From NCBI GenBank assembly GCA_053919585.1, contig CM132789.1: a stretch of DNA of 64,000 nt, one strand, 5' to 3'. Source of the stretch: Euprymna scolopes (lineage: Eukaryota). Positions 24,793-37,116 of this stretch are shown here, in pieces. Position 1 is the stretch's first letter, and each line of letters opens with the position of its first letter. Under the pieces are notes generated by a model. That model did no database searches and was not told the origin of the DNA. It worked only from the letters and a program-made list of their open reading frames with translations. The position numbers were made by a program, and so were the translations under genes.

Positions 24793-26354
24793 ATTGAATT
24801 TTAGGGAATCTTGCTCAACTGATGTCTAATGTTTGTGGATCAGATTTAATAAGAGTCTGAAATATTTGAATTTTCAAATGGGTTGTTCTCATATTATGCC
24901 CCTAAATCTCTTTTAAAATACCACAAAGAAACTGAAATTTTGGGGAATATTTGTTATCTTGATAAATATTGTTAATATTTCACAAAAATTGGAACTGAAT
25001 ATTCACTAGGGTTTCTACTTCATTTTTATCCCATTTGCATAAAGCTAAATGCTGTTATCAATTTGCTGCCCAGCTCAGCAACATGTGACACAAGGTCGGA
25101 AAGTGGGGATGTCCAGCCAGTGCCCCTAAAGGAGGAGCACTCTGGCCTAGCAAAAATTACCTGGGCATTCCCATCAACATTCCCTGGTAAGGGCGCCTCA
25201 AGAAACAAGCAATAAACTTGCCACACCCGAAAGCTAGGTGGTATAGCCTAGGAGGGTGGACCTCCTAGGTAATACCCAGGTGGTGTACGTCTGTTTGACA
25301 GGCATTGGACCAGTTCCATGCCCCGCACCTCTCGGGTTGATTGTAAAGAACGGATTCTTGACTGGTACATTCTACCCATCCTCCAACATAAAAAACAAGC
25401 AAAAAACTATGTATGGTCCTCCGACTGATTGTGACTATTTCCCCCATTTAAACCCCTGGCTGAATGTAAAACATCAGAGTAAAACGGCCAAATGACTCCG
25501 TTTCATGACAAACGATGCATTATTTTGAATTCAGTACCATTCAAACCCCCTATTTAGACACATGTATGAATGTTTAGAGAAAAATTTTAAAAAATGAGAC
25601 TCAAAACAGGTTGTTGTTTTTTTTTACCCCTAAAACACACCGGGGCTCAAGCCCCACAATTTTTACAGGGTAAAATATTATGTTTCAGATGTATATTCAT
25701 ATGGTCTTGCTTTTGGGTAATTTACAGCAAAATCTAAGGGTCAGAAAAGATTCTATTTTGAGAACAACTACCAAGATGAGAGCGATAGTCCAAGCAATCA
25801 AAATTAATACCAATCCTCATCTAAAAAAAATAAAATAAAACAATTTATCTAACCGTAATGCATCAAATTTATAGAAATTTTGTTCAAATGAAAAAGAAAT
25901 AAATTTGAAAATTTTGAAAACCGAATAATGCTGATAATTGTTGTTATTAAATGAAAAAATAAATTAATAATTTGCCGGATTGTTGCGTTTATTCCTATTT
26001 CAGTCACATAAATTCTATAGAGTGAAATAATTTTGGCATTTCTTCCAAACAAATTATCTCTACTTAAACCATGTTTGTAACAATTATAAAAATGATATGG
26101 AAATGATTAAAAAGAGTAAGTTATAACGGGGTTTAGCACTTATGTATGACACGAGCTGAGATACACAGTTGCCAGACTGATTATTTTTCAAGATCAAACG
26201 TTTAAGAAAACAATTTAATAAAAATGATATAAAGCTTAAATTTAACTTGTAAATACTATTTAACAAATGGCGCGGGTTGTTAAATACAAAAGCACCAAAT
26301 AACATTTATTTGTTCAAGATAAAATTGTAAAAACATTTATTGTATCAAAATATA

Positions 26355-26548
26355 AGGCACTTATGCATTATATGGGCGGAGCCATTTTATTTTATTGGGT
26401 TTCATTGAACGACCGATAGGGGACGCAACTTTTCAATCTAATTCAACAGTGAGGCACTTATGCATTACACAGGTGGGGCCATTTTGTTTGTTGGGTTTCA
26501 TTGAATGACTGATAGGGGGCGCAACTTTGCAACCTAATTCAACAGTGA
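26355..26548. repeat. Tandem duplication of a ~97-bp unit
   Basis: AGGCACTTATGCATTA...GATAGGGG.CGCAACTTT...AATTCAACAGTG occurs at 26355 and 26452. Confidence 0.85.
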
Positions 26549-26789
26549 CAATAATTAAAAGTATATTTTGTTATACTTTTACTTTAATTCAAACAATTTT
26601 TTATTAAAATTCTATTTTTCTCTTACATTTCCATTAAATTGTTTGAAAAAAATCCAATGATACTTCAGTTCAAAAAATGTTTTAAAATTGTTTGAAAAAA
26701 AAATCCAATGTTGCTTTAATTTTTATCAAAATTCTATTTTCTTATGATGAGTTTCTGTTAAATTGTTTGAAAAAAAGTCCAATGTTCCT

Positions 26790-26935
26790 CAAGGGCAGAG
26801 TTAAACACAATATCGGTTTTTAATGTGGGGAAAGGAACAAAAATAAAAATTGCCTCGGTCTAGAAGGATTTCTCTTCCACTGACTGAGGCCAGAAAAGAG
26901 AAGTATACTTTGCTCTTAGCCAAAAGGTCAAGTAA
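26790..26935 (+). repeat. Dispersed SINE-like family (other copies ~12370-12540 +, 58230-58385 +, 60860-61050 -)
   Basis: Shared TTTTAATGTGGGGAAA...ACAAAAATAAA...TCTAGAAGGATTTCTC...CTGAGG.AGAA.AG. Confidence 0.65.
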
Positions 26936-27912
26936 TGTCGCTTTAATACAAAAAATGTATTTTTTCCAGGGTCAAATATAACATTTCCAGATGAATATCC
27001 ATGTTGTCTTGCTTTTGGGTAATTTTCAGCAAAATCTTTGGTTGGAAAATAATCTATGTACTGAAAAGTGCTATTTTTGGCAATTTTGACCACTTTTGAC
27101 CCCTGGGGATGTAACCAGAATTTTCCCCAAGTCAACTATTACATTTTCAGATGTATATCATGTGGTCTTGCTTTTAAGTAATTTTCAGTAAAATCCAATG
27201 GTTGGAAACATTCTGTCTCAAAAACCGTTATTTTTTGCAATTTTGGACTAAAAAAATCCATTTCTGACCGCTTTTTATCTCCTGGGGGCGCAACCAGAAT
27301 TTTCCCATCATCAAATATTATGTTTCTAGATGTATATCTATGTGATCTTGCTTTTGGGCAATTTTCAGTAAAATCTAATCATTGGAAAAGATTCTATATC
27401 TTGAATTTTGCTATTTTTGTCCATTTTGGACTTTTTTAGTCCAAAATGGACACCATTTTTATCCCTTTGGGAAGACGCCAAAATTTTCCTAGAATAAAAT
27501 ATTATGTTTCCAGATGTATACCTATGTGGTTTTGATTTTGGGTAATTTTCAGCAAAATCTAATTGTCGGAAAAGATTCTATGGCTTGAAAAGTGCTATTT
27601 TTGGCTATTTTGAACTCTTGGGGATGCAACCAAACTTTTTATCAAAAATCCAAGAATCTTATATTTCCTCCCTTTCCTAGTTGTAACTTCATGCAAAATT
27701 TCAGAAAAATGTAATAAGTAATCAGTAAGAACTTTTGGAACAAACGGACGAACAGACAAGGCCGAATTCTAAGGTTCAGATCTGACTAAGTTGGTGGACC
27801 AATAATGGGGGGGGGGTATTAAATCTATTGCACATTATTTGCCCTTAGGTCTAGTAGCTGAGTTTCAAAATTCATAATGATCAGTTCATTAGTTTAGGAA
27901 TGAATTATATAA

Positions 27913-28514
27913 TCTATTTATAATATAAATCTCACCTGTCTGTTTAAATGTATGTATGTATGTTTGCCTAAAACTTTTGACAAAGGCAACAAATTTTCAC
28001 GAGATCAATATTGTTTTGAAGCTCGGCCCCTCGGACGACAAATATCAAAAAATTGTCTAAAAACATTAATCCATAACTGGGCACTTTCCTACAAGAAGGG
28101 GTCACTTTTTTTGGCGATATTTTCAAAAGTCATCCCCTCTTTTCAATTGATTAGCCTTAATTTAAACTTCACCACTTCTGGTTTGGCGATGGACGCAAGG
28201 GCAAAGACGTCACTTTTTTTTTTTTCACATTCTTTTCCTCCTTCATGTTACGGGTTTGAGCTTGCTTGCCTACTACCACTTTTTTCTCTCTTCACCCAAA
28301 ACTGCCTACTGTTGTTTTGCTCCCCCCACCCCTACCCTGCTACTACCATTTTTTTTTTTTTTTTTAATCCTTCCTGGGTTCCTTACTCAACTCAAGCAAT
28401 GCCAGGTAATTCCGCTACTATACCACTTTTTTTAACACCTTTTAAATCCCCCCTCCCACGGGAGGGTCCTTACTACGCCTCCACTACCCGGGCAACGCTG
28501 GGTACCCCCGCTAG
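27913..28514 (+). mobile_element. Non-autonomous Helitron
   Basis: Starts TC after an A (27912|27913); (TATG)n near the 5' end; hairpin CCCGG-GCAACG-CTGGG at 28487-28502; terminal CTAG at 28511-28514 followed by T; no TSD. Confidence 0.8.
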
Positions 28515-29879
28515 TAGAAATATATAAGCTTAGATACAAGCCTATATCCGTACTTGATTTTATAAAGAGGTATTTGTGTTTTTATGTATGAATTTAGGTT
28601 ATTTTATTATGCATGGATGCATAATATTATAGCATAATAAGGATTGAATGTTGTTTGTAATTCTTTTATTTGGACTTGTGCTTATGTAACATTTTTTCTT
28701 TCTTTCATTTTGATCCCACTCACATCCGTAGATCAAATGGGTTCATTGATTTATGCCAATATTATTTACTCAGCAGAACATAAATAAAGTAAATAATTCA
28801 GTAAATAATACAAAAGAATATTAACATAGGATGTTTTTTAAGTGGAAAAAACGCAGGTTCACTAAGTGTATTTATTATTTATCCAGAAATATTGGTGTGA
28901 ATGGGTGTGTGAGAGGGATGTCATCAAAACTAACTTATTTTCTTTCTAGAACAAAGAAATGATTTCTTACTTGTCGAAGGGTTGCAGCAAATCTGTTCTC
29001 AATGGTGAGAAACAAAATGTATCCTCTGGATTGTTCAACCTGTTTCTTTATTTCTATTTATTGATGTCAGATCTCTACACCAAGGAAATCGTGTAGAATC
29101 TAGTCTTACATGTTATCACAGACATTGGGTAAATCTTATCCTTTTTTTGGGAGTCTTTAATTGATGTAGATTATCATACACATTTTTTTCTTTTTGGAAT
29201 GAAAAAGAGGAAGAGGATCAGAAGAGGTCAATATAAAGGTATTTTAAAAAGTCAGAATTTTTGGTTTTTGTGTGGTTTTATCGCTCCCACCCCAACCACC
29301 AAGTGTTAGGAATTAAAAAACCAAAAATAAAAGCAAGATGAAATGGGTTTATCAGTATAACAATGAAGGGGAAGTTATTCACCAACTACACAAAGGGAAC
29401 TAAAATAGGATTGTTAATCAAGATGTGGCAGTGAATGGTAGCAAGCACCTAAACAAAAGATCGATCGATATATTTTAAAGTTAGCTGATGAGCACTTTGA
29501 AGAGTGGTGATGAGTTTTGTAACAGTTGGGAACCGTCTTGGATTAGCAATGGTTGACCACTATTTTGAGTTGAGGAGTTGTGAGTTTAATATTTGGACAT
29601 TTAAGAATTTCTAGTGTGTGTGTGTGTGTGTGTGTGTGTTAAAGAAAATTTTTTCCTTTTAGTGATTGATAATTTTCAGATGAGCATCCTTTAAAAGTAT
29701 CCTGATGAGGTTATGCTGTTTTACATTTTTGACCAAAACATGTCTGCAAATATTTAGCCAAAAATGGACTAAGAACTCGGTTCTTATTGTTGAGCACTCT
29801 ACGTTGAAATTAAAGTCGGTCACTTAAGCTCACGTGCGCAGATCATGATGTTATAATCATAAGATCACTCTCGTCATCT

Positions 29880-30550
29880 TGACATTTATGCAATTGTTTG
29901 TCGGTCAGGAGTTTAGCAGCTGTAAGGTGATGGACTAGAGCTTGATTAATTAAGGACTCAAATATTTTGGCGAAAAGCGTGAGAAGGCTAATGGGGCGAT
30001 AATTTAATGGGTCAGTTCTTTCGTCAGAATTCTTGAAAATTGATACCACAGAAGCAGTTTTTGCAGCAGTCAGGAAAGCTGACCTGAGAAGGAGTGATTT
30101 TCAAATCATCTAGTGTGGCGTCTGTCCGCAAAGGAAAGTTAGGAAGGGAGTGGTGTACCGGGTCCAATGTGGAGTTAGAGGAAAACCAACTGGCAAGTAG
30201 GTTAGCCTTCTCGGTTGCCATGCAAACAACCTCACGATTGTTTGATAGTGGGGGAATCTTTGACTAGCCATTATTTACTACACTGTTGTAGATATCCAAA
30301 AATCACGGGTTCCTAATTTCTGTGCTTCAGTGCGTTTTCTGATTGTGTAAGTGTATTTAGTCTTAGCTTTTGCTATTTCTCTTTTACAATGACTTCTAGC
30401 TTCTATATACTTCTGTCTGTTTGAACTGGACTTATGTCGGTTGAATCTACGGTATGCATACTGCCTTTGAGCAATGGCAGCTGCACAAGTAGAAGTAAAC
30501 CATTGGGGAGAGTGGGGCTTGCTATAAAAACCTAGAATAAACCACGTTGC
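29880..30550 (-). mobile_element. Internal fragment of CR1/L2-group LINE subfamily B
   Basis: Reads ATEKANLLASWFSSNSTLDP and FKNSDERTDPLNYRPISLL; nearly collinear with 44250-44900 but with an internal deletion. Confidence 0.85.
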
Positions 30551-30891
30551 ATGTCAAACAAGTTCAAACATTTTAAAATGTCTGCCATTGCTGCTAATTT
30601 TCTTCCCTGGCCAATTCTTCTCAGTATATCATTTGACTTTCACCTGAAGATGCTCTTGGAATGGAGTGAAAATGTTCATGATACATTAACATTTTTGATT
30701 TCCATACAAAAAATATATAAGAAAAATCGAAAACATAAAATGTGTAACTAAACGGAAGCTCTTTATCTTCAATAATGTTTGTTTATATATATATATATAT
30801 AATCTCCGTGGAAATATTTTTTTTCAATTATATTTCACCGGTTATATATATATAAATATTTTAATTTATGAAGCTCAATGTGATTACATTG

Positions 30892-31072
30892 CATATAAAA
30901 AATAAATGACAAAGGTCTATATTCCAAATTTCAAGATGTTGACCATCTTACAATTTATTTTAAATATGTTGACAAGAATTGTGCATGTCAACATACTTAA
31001 AGGAATAAATTGTACGATGGTCAACATCTTAAAATTTGCAATATAGGCCTTTGTCATTTATTTTTTATATTG
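30892..31072. repeat. ~180-bp imperfect palindrome (fold-back)
   Basis: ATAAAAAATAAATGACAAAGG.CTATATT..AAATTT.AAGATGTTGACCATC...TATGTTGACA / TGTCAACATA...GATGGTCAACATCTT.AAATTT..AATATAG.CCTTTGTCATTTATTTTTTAT. Confidence 0.9.
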
Positions 31073-31649
31073 TTAAATTGTTATATTAGTCAAGAGAAGT
31101 TATTAACTAAGTAATGTTATTTTTCTTTTTTTTATCCATTTCTTTTCTTTTGATATATTTTATTATTCTCAAAAAAAAAAATTCATAATCAAGAAGAAAT
31201 GTAGTAAAATATTGTGAAGTCAGTCTTATAATTATCTTCTTTAATGTTTTCTAATAAATTTTAACAAAGCTACAACCATATGTAGCACACTAATGAAAGT
31301 TGCCACTTGACAGATATGGAACATGGTTTGTTATTTAACTGCATATCAGCCTAAAATGCTTTCGTAAACTACATTAGAGAATCAGGTGTTCATGAAAGAG
31401 TAAGCGTTCCCTGCTACCCATTGGTTATCCACACTATTTTAGAAAATAACTCATACGAAATATTATCAACTGTATGTCTGATTGAACCATTAACTTATAC
31501 ACTAACATTTCAAATCTAAACTTATCTACTGTCTCCAGATAACATACTTATAGTTTATTTAAAGGAGGAAGGAGTTGCCATTCAGTTCCACTCTGACTTT
31601 TCATTCTCTCATCATTATCATCATATGAATCCAAAGATTCTAATGTTAG

Positions 31650-31835
31650 CATTGGTTACCCCGATATTTTTCTAGTCAGAATTCTTTCTAGAAAGACATC
31701 AGGTACTTATGGGAAGAACCATGTAAAGGTTGCATCATCCTAAATGAAAGTGATTTTTGTGGAATGAACTGGATTCGAACTTGGAACACCTAAATCATCA
31801 GTCCATATTATTAATCATTTGACTACTATCATCCA
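31650..31835 (-). mobile_element. tRNA-derived SINE relic
   Basis: Minus strand has A-box-like TAGTCAAATGA and B-box GTTCGAATCC at tRNA spacing. Similar heads lie at ~14710-14780 (-) and ~5340-5430 (-). Confidence 0.5.
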
Positions 31836-32895
31836 CCCTTTTTATTCCCCGAAACAAACTGCTGTTAGAATAAATTTATTTGATTTTTCAATTTGTTTTT
31901 AAGCTTACACCTATTTTCTTCCCTGCCATAAAACAAGTGTTTTGGCTCGACTAGTATTTCATATAATGAATATTTATTTGCTTTAATGTTTATTTTACTA
32001 CATTAAGGTCACATCATTTTGTTAGCATTGAAGTTGTCTCTGAAATTCTTATCAAAACATGGATTCTATGATGATGTAAGTTGCTGGGTTCCATGTACTG
32101 TTGCAAAATGTTTGACTAGCGTTTTATTTATTTTTATTTTTATTTTTTTACCTTGGGGTGAGGTGTATCAACAGATGAGCTTGAAAGCACAGTTTATTTA
32201 CTGGAAATACCTCCTCCCCATCCATTGACTTACCCCTCCCCTCTGCAAAAAAAGCGTTGCACCATTAATTTTTTTTTATCAAGCCAATAACACAGATATT
32301 CTTGTCGGCCCTCTTAATGAGATGCTCTCTTCTTTCTTAGAAATATCAGACGCAGGTGAACAATGCACAGCTTCGACTCTTCTGTGTTTTTTGCTTATTC
32401 TATTCTTGTCCTTACATTGTAAATGTTACTTGAATACTTTCTAGTGAACTTTGAACCAGGTGTAAATTCAGCATTCCAGTTATGTCTGCCCCTCAGAGAA
32501 GAACCGATTTTACATATCACCAGTTTCCTTCCCAAATGCAAACAAAACAAACATGTAACTTGATCTTAGATCAACTTTTGTGCCATTAAAAACTCCAAAG
32601 TAATTTTTTTTATATTTGTTTCTTACAATATGTAAATTAAGTAGTTTTAATTAGACAAATTAATTATTTTGATTAAAAATGAAGAAATCCTGCAGGATTG
32701 CAAATATAACATTTTGGAGCAGGATCAAACTGTAGTATCTACTTTGTCATCAGTTAAACGAGGGAACATCCTCCTAGATAAGGGCAATTATTATAAGTAA
32801 TTTGTTATTGGCCTTGAACTTGTGGCTAGACCTTCTCTCCCCAAACACACACACACATACACATACACACACACACACACATACACACACACACA

Positions 32896-33819
32896 CGAGA
32901 TGCCTTCAGTAACTTTCCAGACTTCTTTTATACAGGTATTTAAACTTGTCATAGACTCTTGAAAATGTCAGTATATGAGATGACTAATTTTTATAATTTC
33001 AGGTTTAAATGAACAGCTACAGCAAGAATTGGAATACACCCTACTAAAGCCTGATTGTCACAGTTGATGAATTTCAAAAATGCAATCTGGACGTGAGAAC
33101 ACTTTAGAAGAACAATATGCAATAAAATTCTGCTTTAAACTTGGAAAAAATGCCACGGAAACGTATGGAATGCTTCAGATTGCTTTTGAACCATATTGCA
33201 TGAGTTGAGCATCAGTTTTAGAGTGGTATGAGAGATTCAAGGAAGGTAGGGAGTCTGTGAGGGATGATGAGAGGTGTGGGAGAAGTAAGGAAGTCAGAAC
33301 ACCAGAGTTGATTGGCCAAATAAAGAATTTCATGGACAAGGACCGTCGTGTGTCTATAGAGACAATAAGTGCACAGTTTAATGTCAGTGTGGGAACTGTA
33401 CACACAATTATTCATGAGGAACTTAAGATGTGGAAGATTTGTATGAAGTTTGTCCCAAGGGGGCAGTCTGCAACTCTGTCCTTATCACAGAATATTTAAG
33501 ATGGGCATCAAGACAGTTCTTCACCCTCTCTATAGTCCAGACCTTGCATCCTATGACTTTTGGTTATTTTCTAAGCTCAGGGAAAACCTTAGAAACTGCT
33601 GTGATGAGACAATTGAGATGAAAGAGGCTGTGACGCGGGTCATTGATCCGCTTGCACACAAGGACTTCCATGGGGCCTGCCAGAAGTTGTTAGAACGGTA
33701 CAACAAGTGCATTGCAGCTGGAGGAGATTATTTCGAAGGGGACTAGAGTTTCATGTGTGTACTATCGATAAAAGTGTCCATATGAAAAAAAAGTCTAGAA
33801 ACTTATTGAACGCACCTCT
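32896..33819 (+). mobile_element. Internally deleted mariner transposon
   Basis: Imperfect TIRs CGAGATGCCTTCAGTAACTTTCCAGACTT / AAGTCTAGAAACTTATTGAACGCACCTCT then TA. Transposase remnants YAIKFCFKLGKNATETY...KFVPR and HPLYSPDLASYDFWLF...KCIAAGGDYFEGD. The segment carrying the first two catalytic Asp residues is deleted. Confidence 0.9.
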
Positions 33820-34439
33820 TATACAATAAACCTGACCGTATGTCATGTCTAGGTCACATAGGGTCAAGTAATTAAACAAGTAATGTCTTTTATAAAGAGC
33901 AATGTTTTTCGTTTCTTACAAGTTTAAAAAACTTCTGTAACCTGATATTAGGATTTGAAGCAATATATTTATACCACTAGTCCAAAGCACCTTACAAAAC
34001 AGATAATTGAAAGCGTATTTTTTTGTTTTATAGTTATTGATAGCACTGCTTACATGTTGTTAGTATGACTACAACAGTCCAAAATAATAAAACATTTGTA
34101 TTATTTGGACTTGATATAGGAATAGCTTTAGTTTGGTTTCCCCTTTTAATAGTATTTTTATACTTTTAGAAAGTTACTTCAAAGCACGACATATTGACTG
34201 TATCGTGAATTTTTTTCTCTTCATTCTAAAGTGATAAATTTACTCAGATTCTGAAAGCAAGTTCAAATGGATTTAAGTGAAACTTTTATTATGGTTTAAG
34301 AAATTGTACATATTTGACCCAGTCTCAGTAATAAGAAATCAGCTATATCTAGTTTACACTGAACACAACTTGTTGCAACTCTGTTTCTCATTTGCATAAT
34401 ATAATGATACAAACACTTGTTTCATGTAGGGAAATCGTT

Positions 34440-34950
34440 GTTCTGTTTATCTGTGGACGAAGGATTCAGTGTACTGCATTCAAGTTCTTCCTCGGCTGTT
34501 AATTCACTTTCTCTAAGGCATGTGTACGCAGTGTGATGATGTATGGAAGTGAAACCTGGCCAGTGAAGGTTGAGGACATGCGTTGCATAAAGAGTAATTA
34601 TACAAGAATGATACAGTGTGAAATGTAAATCTTAAAGGCAGTTAGATCTGATGACCTCAGAGGAAGATTAAATCTAGATGTATGCAGAATAGGAAATTTC
34701 GATGACATGGCCATGTTGAAAGAATGAATTGGATTAATAGATATAGAATAATTAAGGTAGTAGGTCCAGATCACAAGGGAAGTCCAAGGAATAAATGATA
34801 AAAATGAACTTGAGAGAAAGAGGAATAAATAAATACTTGGCCAGAGATAGATTAGTTTGGGAGTCAATTTCTTAAAACCGTCCAACACATGTTAGTATGT
34901 ATAATGAACCTTAAACTGAATAATGATGATGATTATGATGATTATGATGA
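34440..34950 (+). mobile_element. Decayed RTE-like LINE 3' fragment with (GAT)n tail
   Basis: Motif ACVRSVMMYGSETWPVK; ends TAATGATGATGATTATGATG. Confidence 0.7.
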
Positions 34951-36801
34951 TTTTCCTTTTGAGAAAATTATGAATCCATTACACTTATAGCTATTGGCCA
35001 ATAGAAGATTCTTAAAACTTTCCAGGACAACAACTTGTCTAGAAGAAGAAAAACTCTGAAATAACACTGGTTCTTCTCTGCTTATCCCAGCATTGCACCC
35101 TTACATCTTGGAGAAATATAACTAGGGTTATGCAGTGCTAGTTCCACTATAAAGTTCTTATTTTGCCAGTGTCCTAACCTGCTCTTTTAAGAGAAAGAAG
35201 ACATAATAGTAGCTGTGCCGTGGAGTGGAAGCGGCTTTCTGAAATTTGATAAATTTTTTTTCTTTCTTTTTTTTTTTTTTTGCTGAAAATCGATCAAAAG
35301 AAGAATCTTTATTTTTGTTAAATGCTGTTAGGATTATTTTAATGAAATCTTTGAATTTTTTTTTTCTGATTTTAATTTTGTTAATTACAAATCGAATCGC
35401 AATTTCTTCTCATTTGTATTGCATGTGTAGCAATCAAATTTATTAACTTGTAGCTATTTTTTAGTTGTGTATTTTGTTATGACTTTTTATTCCTTTTTGA
35501 TCCATTTTTCTTCTATTCACTTTGGTGTTATAAGATTTGGTTCCTTTTACAAAATAAGTATTATCGGCTGAGTTTGGATTACAGAAAACAAATATAAACA
35601 TTTTTCAGCATTTTTAATGCTAAATCATAATATCCACTGGTAAGGATTCGTTAACGATTGATTATTTCAACAGCTATTCTCATCTTGATTATTTTATTCA
35701 CGTTTCGAATGATGAAAAAAACTTGGAGCTTACATTTGTGAACAATTTAGATGAGGATGGTAGTCCAAATAATCCAAATTTATTTTATCAAAATAATTTT
35801 TTCCAAAAATTTTCCCTGGATTTAAAAATAAGTTCATATTGCTATTTATCTGACTAGTGTTCAACTATCCATCTATTATATATTCGTTGTGGTCAGTCAT
35901 TAAATGTGCTTTTCAGTCTATATAATTTCTAAATCAACTTTTGCTACTGTCTAAAATATATACACCTGGCAGCAAATAAAACACAGCATAGCTGGATTAT
36001 AAAAATATTTTGTTTATTCTTAATGACAACCTTTTCGATTTAGTATGATGGTGTTGACATCAGTGAAGACATGTGGTGGGGGGATGTTTTGGCAGCTTGT
36101 CCTCGCTCTGTGTCCAACTATCTTCTGACTGCTTTCTGTTGTCGATTTATATAAACATCTATTCATTCTAAATGTTTAATATTTACCATTGTCTATTGTC
36201 TCGACCTTTTGAACGATATCCTCTCGCTTATTTCTAGTCAAATTATGCATTTCAATAGACAATGGTTGAAAGTCTCGCACCCTTTAAATGGAATTAATTT
36301 GCATGTGTGCAACCCATCGAATGCCTCTCTTTCTGGGGTCACCTGCCAAATATCCAACACATTGACACCTGCAGTTTGATGAAAGCACTGGAAATCCAGT
36401 TTGATGGATTAAATCAAAACGTGACATCATGTAAAACAAATGTTAAATCAACTATGATGAAAAGATGAAAATACACAGAAACGTGTTTTATATTACAGGT
36501 CAGCTAAAATTTAGTTTAATGAAATGAAAAGTTAAACTTAATTAAAAACGAATGAAATTGAGGGACGAAATGTATGTTTACACACTAAAAATTAAACTGT
36601 TTAGTTTCCAATTTTTGTTACTTGATTTTTTTTTTTTTATTGAACTGTTATAATGGAACAACCTAGCACCCCTCTAACACTAACAATAAGTAGCTGATCC
36701 TGAGAGACGCTGACTGAAAGAAATATAGAAAAAGGAAGAGTTTGACACAAAAATGGAGGAAAAAAAGAAAGGGCCTCTATATATTCAGTGTAGGCGCACT
36801 C

Positions 36802-36930
36802 NNNNNNNNNNNNNNNNNNNNNNNNNNNNNNNNNNNNNNNNNNNNNNNNNNNNNNNNNNNNNNNNNNNNNNNNNNNNNNNNNNNNNNNNNNNNNNNNNNN
36901 NNNNNNNNNNNNNNNNNNNNNNNNNNNNNN
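36802..36930. other. Assembly gap
   Basis: Run of N. Confidence 1.
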
Positions 36931-36990
36931 ACAAACATAATTTTTCAGAACAGAAATTCATTGTTTGAATAAAGAATACAGTTCAGATTT

Positions 36991-37038
36991 TTTTCGTAGC
37001 CCATGAATTTTCGATGTAGGCTCCTCTCCTCAGGAAAA
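36991..37038 (-). ncRNA. Type I hammerhead ribozyme motif (intact CUGAGGA core, weakened stems)
   Basis: Minus strand reads TTTTC-CTGAGGA-GAGG agccta CATC-GAAA-ATTCATGGGC-TA-CGAAAA. Confidence 0.6.
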
Positions 37039-37065
37039 GTCATTAGCAAATATTGGACTAATGTC

Positions 37066-37116
37066 TTTTCCTTTGAGGAGATGAGCCTACATCGAAAATC
37101 CATGGGTTAAGGAAAA
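37066..37116 (+). ncRNA. Type I hammerhead ribozyme motif (core C3U variant)
   Basis: Stem I TTTTCCT/AGGAAAA; core TTGAGGA; stem II GATG-agccta-CATC; GAAA; near-palindromic stem III ATCCATGGGT; cleavage triplet UUA. Confidence 0.7.

Larger units (their letters stand above)
25560..27805 (+). mobile_element. Helentron-associated (HINE/DINE-1-like) non-autonomous element with internal ~160-185-bp tandem repeats
   Basis: Motif CAGATGTATAT..GTGGTCTTGCTTTTGGGTAATTTTCAGCAAAATC recurs at ~25709, 27011, 27170, 27350 and 27534. The 3' end has a GGAC/AGAC-like microsatellite (ACGGACGAACAGAC) and ends ...GGTGGACCAATAA. Confidence 0.55.

Noticed and set aside
27952-28527. 191-aa ORF
   Set aside because: Lies within a non-autonomous Helitron, is low-complexity and has no recognisable motif.
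30925-30955. Hammerhead in the 30.9-kb palindrome
   Set aside because: A stem followed by GAAA is present on the minus strand, but there is no CUGANGA.
35961-36500. Old Tc1/mariner-like relic
   Set aside because: Weak partial TIR match (AATAAAACAC/GTGTTTTAT) and no convincing transposase motif.
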